NCBI GenBank assembly: GCA_038874135.1
Contig: JAVZCZ010000001.1
Span: forward strand, 832,001-896,000
Reading direction: 5' to 3'
Origin: Candidatus Woesearchaeota archaeon
GTDB lineage: Archaea > Nanobdellota > Nanobdellia > Woesearchaeales > 0-14-0-80-44-23
Length of the DNA stretch: 64,000 bases
Made by a program: the position numbers and the translations under genes. The first letter of the stretch is position 1. Each line of letters begins with the position of its first letter. The notes below the pieces were generated by a model. The model saw only the letters and a program-made list of their open reading frames with translations, did no database searches and was not told where the DNA came from. Of the stretch, positions 19,224 through 26,846 are shown piece by piece.

Positions 19224-19762
19224 AATATAAACAAAAGTTAACATTATTACAACAAGAAATTTTGTCTTTGTTGTTTAGAAAAACAGGATTGTCTTTAAAT
19301 CAGAGACAAATAGCAAAAAATTTAGGAGTTAGCCAAGCAGGTATAACAAAAGCTATTCCATTGTTAGAAAAACTTGATTATGTCAAAATAAAGAAGGATA
19401 AGGAAACTGGCAGATGGTCAATAGAAATAAATCAAAGCAACAGAAGAGTTTTGCAGTTAAAAAGAGTGGAGAACTTAAAAAATATTTACGAAACAGGTTT
19501 TTTTGATTTTTTAGAAAAAGAATTTCCTGGAACAACAATAATTTTGTTTGGCAGTTATTCACGAGGAGATGACACAATAAATTCAGATGTTGATATTGCT
19601 ATTATTGGAACAAAGAGAAAAGAAATTGATTTATCAAACTATGAAAAATTGTTTGAAAGAAAAATAAATCTTAATTTCTACAGCTCTTTTTCAGAAATTC
19701 ATAAAAATCTAAAGGAAAATCTTGCAAATGGAATACTACTAGCAGGAGGATTTGAATTATGA
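19214..19762 (+). CDS. wHTH + minimal nucleotidyltransferase (MNT antitoxin-like)
   Basis: N-terminal HTH (QRQIAKNLGVSQ), LFGSYSRG..DVDIAI. Confidence 0.85.
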   Translation: MVNKYKQKLTLLQQEILSLLFRKTGLSLNQRQIAKNLGVSQAGITKAIPLLEKLDYVKIKKDKETGRWSIEINQSNRRVLQLKRVENLKNIYETGFFDFLEKEFPGTTIILFGSYSRGDDTINSDVDIAIIGTKRKEIDLSNYEKLFERKINLNFYSSFSEIHKNLKENLANGILLAGGFEL

Positions 19763-20190
19763 GAGACTTTAAAGAATTTGTTAAAGAAGGTGTAGTCAAA
19801 AAACAAAAACCTGACAAATCAAGAGCAGAGTATTTAATTAATGAAGCCAATAAATCTTACAATTTACTTTTAATAAAAATTGAAAAATTAGGTGTTAATA
19901 ATGAAACTGCAAATGATTTAATTAAAACATGTTATGATATTATAATGGAGCTGATCAGAGCAAAAATGCTTTTGGAAGGTTATAATGCATCGGGCCATAG
20001 TGCGCATGAAGCAGAAGTTTCTTATCTTTCATTGATTAATTTTAATGAAAGAGACATACAATTTCTTGATCAATTGAGATATTTCAGAAATGGAATAATT
20101 TATTATGGAACTAATTTAAACAAAGATTATGCCGAGAAGGTTATAGATTTCACAAAAAGGATCTACCAAAAATTGAAGAATCAAAAATAA
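19759..20190 (+). CDS. HEPN-like protein (partner of MNT)
   Basis: Helical, ATGA-coupled to MNT gene, LRYFRNGIIYYG. Confidence 0.7.
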   Translation: MRDFKEFVKEGVVKKQKPDKSRAEYLINEANKSYNLLLIKIEKLGVNNETANDLIKTCYDIIMELIRAKMLLEGYNASGHSAHEAEVSYLSLINFNERDIQFLDQLRYFRNGIIYYGTNLNKDYAEKVIDFTKRIYQKLKNQK

Positions 20191-20195
20191 AAATA

Positions 20196-20292
20196 TGTTA
20201 ATATTTTTTTAACATTTGTTAATTATTTTTAACATATATTTTGTGGTTTATTTTTCAAAAGATTTAAATATTAATGTTAATTATTTTTAACA
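20196..20292 (+). promoter_or_regulatory. Three palindromic operators TGTTAA-N6/7-TTAACA
   Basis: 20196-20214, 20217-20234, 20275-20292 around TATA TTTAAATA; the last abuts the ATG at 20294. Confidence 0.7.
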
Positions 20293-20293
20293 T

Positions 20294-20806
20294 ATGTTAG
20301 AAATATTTAACACTTTGAAGCCTTTCTTTGAAGATTGTTATAGACGTATTAATGTTCGCGAATATGCAAGAATTCAAAAAATAAGCCCGCCAACAGCTTC
20401 AAAGATTCTTGAAAAATTGCATAAAGAAGGTTTGCTCAAAAAAGAAGAAGAGAATCTTTATAATTATTATTTCGCAAATAAAGATTCTGAGTTTTTCATA
20501 GAATTATCAAGAATTTATTGGAAAAGAATATTAGAAGATTCAGGATTGTTAGAAGAACTAGAAAAAAATCTGCTAAATCCGATAATTTATCTTTTCGGTT
20601 CTTTATCAAAAGCAGAAGCGAAAGTTGATTCTGACGTCGATTTAGCAATTTTCACGCCAGCAAAAAAAGAAATTAATCTTGAAAAATTTGAAAAACTTCT
20701 AAAAAGGAAAATACAGATTTTTGTTTTTAAGGATATGAAAGATGTAAAAAACGAAGAACTGCTTAAAAATATACTAAATGGTTTCAAAATAAAAGGAAGC
20801 TGGTAA
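20294..20806 (+). CDS. wHTH + minimal nucleotidyltransferase (second MNT)
   Basis: VREYARIQKISPPTASKIL HTH, LFGSLSKAE..SDVDLAI. Confidence 0.85.
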   Translation: MLEIFNTLKPFFEDCYRRINVREYARIQKISPPTASKILEKLHKEGLLKKEEENLYNYYFANKDSEFFIELSRIYWKRILEDSGLLEELEKNLLNPIIYLFGSLSKAEAKVDSDVDLAIFTPAKKEINLEKFEKLLKRKIQIFVFKDMKDVKNEELLKNILNGFKIKGSW

Positions 20807-20807
20807 A

Positions 20808-21212
20808 ATGGACTGGAAAGAATGTTTAAAACAAAGAATTGCGAAAGAAACAAAAGAAGATAAAAATCTAGTAAAATCTTTATTAGAAACAGCAGAAATA
20901 AAATTAAAGTCTGCTGATTCTTTGACTGATGAATTTTTTATAAGCAAAATCTCTTTATTGTATGATTCTCTAAGAGAAATTCTAGAAGCACTAGCTATTA
21001 AAAAAGGGTTTAAGATTTATAACCATGAATGCTACACGGCTTTTCTAAAGGAGATAATAGGTTTGTCAAGGGAAGCAGATATTTTTAATGATTTGAGAAA
21101 AACTAGAAATGATATAAATTATTATGGAAAAAAACTTGAAAAAGAAGAAGCAAAAGTAATTATAGAAAAATTAAAAAATTTGATTTCAAAATTTAAAAAT
21201 ATAATAAAATGA
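20808..21212 (+). CDS. HEPN-like protein (second)
   Basis: [17 protein letters not shown]; follows MNT gene. Confidence 0.7.
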   Translation: MDWKECLKQRIAKETKEDKNLVKSLLETAEIKLKSADSLTDEFFISKISLLYDSLREILEALAIKKGFKIYNHECYTAFLKEIIGLSREADIFNDLRKTRNDINYYGKKLEKEEAKVIIEKLKNLISKFKNIIK

Positions 21213-24200
21213 AAAAAGCACTCTCTGAATCGGATGTTGAGGAATTTGTCTTATCACTTTTGGAAAGCTTGGGCTATGAAATAATAAGAGGTAATAGTGA
21301 GGATTACTTACCAAATGGAAGATATGCTCTAAGACAAAGATATGAAGATGTTGTGCTTGTTAGCAGGCTGCGTGAGGCTTTAAGGAGGATTAATCAACAG
21401 GCTTCAGAAGAAGCGAGAGAGCAAGCAATAAAAGAAATTCAAAGGATAGGAAGTCAAAAACTGATTGTGGACAATGAGACCTTTCATAAGATGCTTACTG
21501 ATGGTATCAGTGTTCCAATTACAAAAGCTGGTGAAGAAAGGCATGTTTTGATTAATTTGTTTGACTTTAAAGATATAAAAAATAACGATTTTCTTGTTGT
21601 TAATCAATTTACAGTAATAGAAAACAATGTTGAAAGAAGACCTGATATTGTTTTGTTTGTTAATGGTTTGCCTTTGGTTGTTATAGAGTTAAAAAATCCT
21701 GCTGATGAAAATGCAACAATTTGGACAGCATACAATCAGTTTCAAACATATAAAGAACAGATACCATCTTTGTTCAAATATAATGAGATCTTGGTTATTA
21801 GTGATGGCATAGATGCAAGAGCAGGCACGATTACTTCTGAACCAGAAAGATTTATGCAATGGAAGACAATAGACGGAGAAAAACCAAAGCAAGGATTAAC
21901 AGAAATAGAGATTTTGATTAGAGGAATGCTCGACAAAGAAAGACTTCTAGATATTGTAAGAAACTTTATTGTTTTTGAAAAAGATAAAGAAACAAAAAAG
22001 AAATTGGCAGCGTATCATCAATATTGGGCAGCAAACAAAGCGTTAGAGTCAACAATACAAGCAAGAAAAACAAACAAGAAAGCAGGTATTGTATGGCACA
22101 CACAAGGTTCTGGGAAGAGCCTAACAATGATATTTTATGCAGGAAAGTTAATTAAAGAGCTCGATAATCCAACAATAGTTATTCTTACAGATAGAAACGA
22201 CCTTGACGATCAGTTATTTGGAACATTCGGCAAATGTCAAGATATTTTAAGACAAAAACCAGTTCAAGCAAACACAAGAAAAGAATTACAAGAATTACTC
22301 AAGGTCTCTTCAGGGGGGATAGTTTTTACAACAATACAAAAGTTTTTCCCAGAGGAAGACAGAGAAAAATATCCTGTGCTTTCCCAAAGAGACAATATTA
22401 TAGTTATAGCAGACGAAGCTCACAGAAGCCAGTATGGTTTTACAGCAAAAATACTAAAAAAAGAGGATAGAGCATTAATTACTTACGGTTATGCAAAGTA
22501 TTTGAGAGACGCTTTGCCTAATGCATCATTTATTGGCTTTACTGGAACCCCTATAGAAAAAGCAGATAGATCAACTCCTGCAGTTTTTGGAAAATATGTT
22601 GATGTTTATGATATAGAACAAGCAGTAAATGATGGTGCAACTGTAAGAATTTTTTATGAAAGCAGATTAGCAAAACTGGAGTTAAAACCAGAAGAAAGAC
22701 CAAAAATAGACCTTGAATTTGAAGAGGTAACAGAAGGAGAAGAGATAGCACATAAAGAAAGGCTAAAGAGCAAATGGGCAAGATTGGAAAAAATTGCTGG
22801 CGCTCCAAAAAGAATAAAAAGAATTGCACAAGATATTGTTAATCATTTTGAACAAAGGCTTTCTGTTCTTGATGGAAAAGGAATGATTGTTTGTATGTCA
22901 AGAAGAATATGCATCGACCTTTATAATGAAATAATAAAATTAAGACCAGCATGGCATAATGAAGATGATGACAAAGGGTTTATCAAAGTCGTAATAACAG
23001 GCTCTGCTTCGGATTCAAAAGAATGGCAAAAGCATATAAGAAACAAAGTCAGAAGAAAGAAAATAGGCGATAACTTCAAGGATCCAGAACATGAAATTAA
23101 ACTGCTTATTGTAAGAGACATGTTCTTAACTGGTTTCGATGCACCGAGTTTGCACACAATGTATCTTGACAAACCAATCAAAGGTCATACTTTAATGCAG
23201 GCAATAGCAAGAGTTAATAGAGTTTATCCCGGAAAGGAAGGCGGTTTAATTGTTGATTATATTGGTATTGGTGCTGAATTGAAAAAAGCCTTGATGGATT
23301 ATACAGAAAGCGGAGGTAAAGGAAAGCCAATATTAGACCAAGAAGAGGCAGTTAAATTAATGCTCGAGAAATATGAAACTGTAAAGGATATGTTTTATGG
23401 TTTTAATTATAAGAAATTTTTTGAGCTTCCACCAAAAGAAAAATTGGCTTTCATACCAAATGCAATAGAACACTTACTAAAAGAAGCAGGGAAAAAAGAA
23501 AGATTTGTAAAAGAAGCCACAGCTCTTATAAAAGCGTTCTCTTTGTCAGTTCCCCACGAAAAAGCTATGAAAATTAAGGAAGAAGTTGCTTTTTTCCAAG
23601 CAATAAAATCGATAATATCAAAAACAATTGAAACCAAAAAAGATGTAAAAGAAAAATATGAAACGGCGATCAAACAGATTATCTCAAAAGCAGTGATCTC
23701 TGATAGAATTATAGATATATTTGAGGCTGCCGGAATTCAAAAACCCGAGCTTTCAATTTTATCAGATGCTTTTTTAGCAGAAATAAAAGAGATGCCTCAG
23801 AAAAACTTGGCGTTTGAAGCTCTAAAAAAATTATTGAACGATGAGATCAAGATAATTTCAAAAAGAAATCTTGTTCAAGGCAAATCTTTCATGGAGATGC
23901 TAGACACAACAATAAAAAAATATACAAATAGAGCTGTAGAGGCTGCGCAAGTTATAGAAGAATTAATAGAGTTGGCAAGAAAAGTTAGAGAAGAAAAAAA
24001 CAGGGGAAAAGAGCTTGGAATGAGTGAAGATGAACTTGCATTTTATGATGCGCTTGAAGTTAATGATAGCGCAGTTAAAATACTTGGTAATGAAACCTTA
24101 AGAAAAATAGCGCTAGAACTAACGCAGATGATAAGAAAAAGTGTTACAATAGACTGGACACAGAGAGAAAGTGTTCAAGCAGAGTTGCGTCTTAAAGTAA

Positions 24201-24307
24201 AGAAAATACTGAGAAAATATGGTTATCCTCCTGACAAAGAGAAAAAGGCAACAGAAACCGTCTTAAAACAAGCAGAGTTGGTTGCTGGAAATTTAGTTGC
24301 TGTTTAA
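21209..24307 (+). CDS. hsdR: Type I R-M restriction subunit
   Basis: [19 protein letters not shown] nuclease, [26 protein letters not shown]. Confidence 0.97.
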   Translation: MKKALSESDVEEFVLSLLESLGYEIIRGNSEDYLPNGRYALRQRYEDVVLVSRLREALRRINQQASEEAREQAIKEIQRIGSQKLIVDNETFHKMLTDGISVPITKAGEERHVLINLFDFKDIKNNDFLVVNQFTVIENNVERRPDIVLFVNGLPLVVIELKNPADENATIWTAYNQFQTYKEQIPSLFKYNEILVISDGIDARAGTITSEPERFMQWKTIDGEKPKQGLTEIEILIRGMLDKERLLDIVRNFIVFEKDKETKKKLAAYHQYWAANKALESTIQARKTNKKAGIVWHTQGSGKSLTMIFYAGKLIKELDNPTIVILTDRNDLDDQLFGTFGKCQDILRQKPVQANTRKELQELLKVSSGGIVFTTIQKFFPEEDREKYPVLSQRDNIIVIADEAHRSQYGFTAKILKKEDRALITYGYAKYLRDALPNASFIGFTGTPIEKADRSTPAVFGKYVDVYDIEQAVNDGATVRIFYESRLAKLELKPEERPKIDLEFEEVTEGEEIAHKERLKSKWARLEKIAGAPKRIKRIAQDIVNHFEQRLSVLDGKGMIVCMSRRICIDLYNEIIKLRPAWHNEDDDKGFIKVVITGSASDSKEWQKHIRNKVRRKKIGDNFKDPEHEIKLLIVRDMFLTGFDAPSLHTMYLDKPIKGHTLMQAIARVNRVYPGKEGGLIVDYIGIGAELKKALMDYTESGGKGKPILDQEEAVKLMLEKYETVKDMFYGFNYKKFFELPPKEKLAFIPNAIEHLLKEAGKKERFVKEATALIKAFSLSVPHEKAMKIKEEVAFFQAIKSIISKTIETKKDVKEKYETAIKQIISKAVISDRIIDIFEAAGIQKPELSILSDAFLAEIKEMPQKNLAFEALKKLLNDEIKIISKRNLVQGKSFMEMLDTTIKKYTNRAVEAAQVIEELIELARKVREEKNRGKELGMSEDELAFYDALEVNDSAVKILGNETLRKIALELTQMIRKSVTIDWTQRESVQAELRLKVKKILRKYGYPPDKEKKATETVLKQAELVAGNLVAV

Positions 24308-24670
24308 ATACAAAAAATAGATGCTTGGATCAAGTCTGTTGACAGAGGGTTTTATGATGTTCCCTATACTTATCGCAAAGGAACACATCAAGTTTGGGTA
24401 AAATTTAACCCCGACTTCTTTATCAAGATAGGAAAAGACATTATGGTTGTAGAGATAAAATCTGACGAAGCTATCGCCGAAGGAAATAAAGCCAAATTGA
24501 AATATGCTAGAATACACTTCGAAGAATTGAATAAAAAGCAGAAGAAACTTAAATATTATTCCAAGTTCCTTTCCCCACAAGATTTTCTACAATTTTTTTA
24601 AGCCATAAAATCTGGAAATTATGCAGAATATACTAGTAATCTTGAAGCCGAAATTAAAAGGCTAATTTAA
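24308..24670 (+). pseudogene. C-terminal remnant of a type III restriction (Res)-like endonuclease
   Basis: No start codon; reads IDAWIKSVDRGFY..FNPDFFIK..VVEIKSD..NKAK, in-frame TAA at 24599-24601. Confidence 0.7.
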
Positions 24671-24674
24671 AAGA

Positions 24675-24762
24675 ATAGACCTAGAAATTGACGAGCTCGT
24701 CTATAAGATTTATGACATAAACTGAAGAGGAGAAGAAAATAATTGAAGAAAGTTTCAAATAA
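24675..24762 (+). pseudogene. C-terminal remnant of a type IIG/Eco57I-like R-M fusion
   Basis: IDLEIDELVYKIYDI/TEEEKKIIEESFK* with a one-base frameshift; typical C-terminal signature of these enzymes. Confidence 0.65.
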
Positions 24763-24923
24763 CGCCGCCCCGTCTTCTAATAAAAAACGAAAAATCTCCT
24801 AAAATTTCCGCCACGATCCATTTTTACTCTCCTCACAGCTTCACTGTTCGTCGGCACGTTGCACTCGTTCGCCCAAATTTCCCCAACAGGAAACTTCGTT
24901 AAATCGCATATGTTAGTTGCAAT
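24757..24923 (+). repeat. attC-like element (copy 2, right arm conserved)
   Basis: AACTTCGTTAAAT-N7-GTTAGTTGCAAT matches AACTTCGTTAAAT-N7-GTTAAGTGAAAT of copy 1. Confidence 0.4.
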
Positions 24924-24974
24924 TTGCCCCCTCGCTACGAAATGGAAAACGAACGGAAGCCCAACTGCAAACGC

Positions 24975-25322
24975 CTAATGCAACTTATCAATACGATTTT
25001 TTAGCTGATTCTTTAAGAATTTATTTAATGCTTCATCAACAGTTCTTTCTTCGGTTACAATTGGTGTGATGTTGCTGTTTACTAAATCTGAATAAATTCT
25101 TTGCCCCATTCCATAACTGATCACAATCTCACAATCTTTTACATTCTTAATCATGGCTGAATGGTCACAACTTCCACACTCGCTAGAGCTTTTACCAATA
25201 TTTTCCCTATAAGTTCTATTAATCACCTTTCCATTTTGAATATCAAACACTACAAAACCCATTGCTCTACCAAAATGGGGAGATATTGTTTTTTTGTCAT
25301 CACTTGCTATTGCTATCTTCAT
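24975..25322 (-). CDS. NifB/NifX-family (FeMo-cofactor-binding-like) protein
   Basis: MKIAIASDD..ISPHFGRA..F, VISYGMG. Confidence 0.88.
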   Translation of the reverse strand: MKIAIASDDKKTISPHFGRAMGFVVFDIQNGKVINRTYRENIGKSSSECGSCDHSAMIKNVKDCEIVISYGMGQRIYSDLVNSNITPIVTEERTVDEALNKFLKNQLKNRIDKLH

Positions 25323-25653
25323 CTTGTAACCCCCTCCTCTGACAAAAACCTCTGCCTTTTCTTATAAATTTAAAATTTCCGCCCTCAATTTTAAGGGCTT
25401 TTCCATTTACAATAGAATCAGCAATTTTTTTCCTGGCTGATAAAATTAACCTATGAAAAGTTGGCTGTGAAATATTCATTTTTTTGGCACATTCTTCTTG
25501 TTCCAAGCCTTCTAAATCTTTTAATCTTACAGCTTCAAATTCATCAAGAGTAAGAATTGATTCTTCTAAATCTGATACCGGAATTCCTCTCGGCTTAAAA
25601 TAAGTAACATTTGGTTTTGAAAAGATTCTCCTGCAAAGCCTCGGTCGTGCCAT
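25300..25653 (-). CDS. DUF134 DNA-binding protein
   Basis: MARPRLCR, YFKPRG, EAVRLKD, MNISQPTFHR. Confidence 0.92.
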   Translation of the reverse strand: MARPRLCRRIFSKPNVTYFKPRGIPVSDLEESILTLDEFEAVRLKDLEGLEQEECAKKMNISQPTFHRLILSARKKIADSIVNGKALKIEGGNFKFIRKGRGFCQRRGLQDEDSNSK

Positions 25654-25655
25654 AT

Positions 25656-25673
25656 TATGAATACTTATTCACA
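25656..25673. promoter_or_regulatory. Palindromic operator upstream of DUF134 gene
   Basis: TATGAATACTTATTCACA between minus-strand TATA (25678-25685) and the start codon. Confidence 0.6.
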
Positions 25674-25717
25674 TTTCTATTTAAACCTTACGAAAATAAA
25701 AAAGCAAAAGAATAAGC

Positions 25718-25954
25718 TTACTCCATTTCTTTCAATTTTTTCTCTATCTCTTGCTTTTCCAAATCTATTTCTTTGAGCTCTGCTTCGAGGATTTTCTTTT
25801 CTTCTTCTTTCGTTAAGGTTACTTGTCTTCTAAATCCAACTCCTCTTCTGTAACCTCTGCTAAATCCTCTTCGCATTCCATAACTACAAGGTCCAAGTCC
25901 TCTTCCTGTTAGAGGTCCTAAACCTAAAGGTCCTGTACCGTCTTGTCCTGGCAT
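25718..25954 (-). CDS. DUF5320-family protein
   Basis: MPGQDGTGPLGLGPLTGRGLGPC, Gly/Arg-rich, C-terminal coiled coil; GGAGGTG RBS. Confidence 0.88.
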   Translation of the reverse strand: MPGQDGTGPLGLGPLTGRGLGPCSYGMRRGFSRGYRRGVGFRRQVTLTKEEEKKILEAELKEIDLEKQEIEKKLKEME

Positions 25955-25974
25955 TTTGTTCACCTCCTTATGTT

Positions 25975-26000
25975 TAATTATGAATATATATTCATAATTA
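25975..26000. promoter_or_regulatory. Perfect 26-bp palindromic operator upstream of DUF5320 gene
   Basis: TAATTATGAATATATATTCATAATTA just downstream of minus-strand TATA. Confidence 0.7.
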
Positions 26001-26160
26001 CTATTTAAACCTTTCGGTTTTTCGTGGTGGGGCTTCTAAAATATGGTCTGTTACGCAGAAATAATAATAAATGTTCGATGGCAAAAATTCAGAGCTGTTG
26101 ATTCTGCATAAATTTGGTGATAAAAATGAAGATTTTTAATGTTTAAGGCATCAACATTAA

Positions 26161-26180
26161 GTTAACAGAACCAAAGTGAA
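26161..26180 (+). repeat. Right terminal inverted repeat plus right target-site duplication
   Basis: GTTAACAGAACC|AAAGTGAA. Confidence 0.85.
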
Positions 26181-26214
26181 AAAATTTTTAAATAGCTTCA
26201 AAATTCTTTATGTT

Positions 26215-26835
26215 ATGTTATTCCTCTCATTTTCTGAACTGATTGACCTGGTTGCGATGATAATATTCCTCGGTTTAATATTCTGGGACATATTCAGGAT
26301 TCCGCACACATCCTATTCAGCATATGAACCACTTGAAGAGGTCTACCTTAAAAAGAGAAGGAACAATAGAACCTTCTTAGGAATTCCTGCAAGGGACTTT
26401 TGGAACTCAGTAATGATAGTTGCCCCGGCAATAGCTCTTCACGAGATGGCGCACAAATTTTTAGCAAACTCATTTGGTATTCAAGCAGTTTTTCACGCCA
26501 GCTACTTCTGGCTCATATTAGGCTTGATCCTCAAGCTTGTGAGATTTCCATTTCTAATATTTGTGCCCGGATATGTAAGCATATACGGCTCTGGGACACC
26601 CCTGCAGAATGCAGCTGTCGCGTTTGCGGGGCCAGCAGCCAACCTGCTGCTCTGGCTTGGCTCCCTGATTTTATTGAAGAGTCGCATTAGGATTTCCTCA
26701 GATAAAAGGATGCTTCTGGCTTTAAGCGCCAGGGTGAATATGTTTCTTTTCCTCTTCAACATGCTACCCATACCGCCCTTTGACGGCTTTTCAGTCTTTT
26801 CAAACTTGTTTGTCTTGCTGAAAGCGTTTTTCTAA
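26215..26835 (+). CDS. Site-2 protease family (M50) membrane metallopeptidase
   Basis: HEMAH, AFAGPAAN, NMLPIPPFDG; probable ATG at 26215. Confidence 0.9.
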   Translation: MLFLSFSELIDLVAMIIFLGLIFWDIFRIPHTSYSAYEPLEEVYLKKRRNNRTFLGIPARDFWNSVMIVAPAIALHEMAHKFLANSFGIQAVFHASYFWLILGLILKLVRFPFLIFVPGYVSIYGSGTPLQNAAVAFAGPAANLLLWLGSLILLKSRIRISSDKRMLLALSARVNMFLFLFNMLPIPPFDGFSVFSNLFVLLKAFF

Positions 26836-26846
26836 ATAAAAGAATA

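Larger units (their letters stand above)
12837..26172. mobile_element. Non-autonomous transposon / defence island with IS6-like ends (12-bp TIRs, 8-bp TSD, no transposase)
   Basis: GGTTCTGTTAAC at 12837-12848 and its reverse complement GTTAACAGAACC at 26161-26172; AAAGTGAA directly outside both ends (12829-12836, 26173-26180); interior visibly AT-richer than flanks. Confidence 0.85.

Noticed and set aside
24293-24580. 95-aa minus-strand ORF from the track
   Set aside because: Antisense shadow of the Res-like remnant.
24305-24601. Stop-codon read-through extending HsdR with a second nuclease domain
   Set aside because: HsdR ends with its normal C-terminus, the in-frame position has a one-in-three chance probability, and the downstream frame has its own nonsense codon.
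26010-26160. Transposase remnant just inside the right TIR (MQNQQL then a possible frameshifted CxFC)
   Set aside because: Too short and needs an assumed frameshift; no DDE motif is visible. A blastx against ISfinder would decide.
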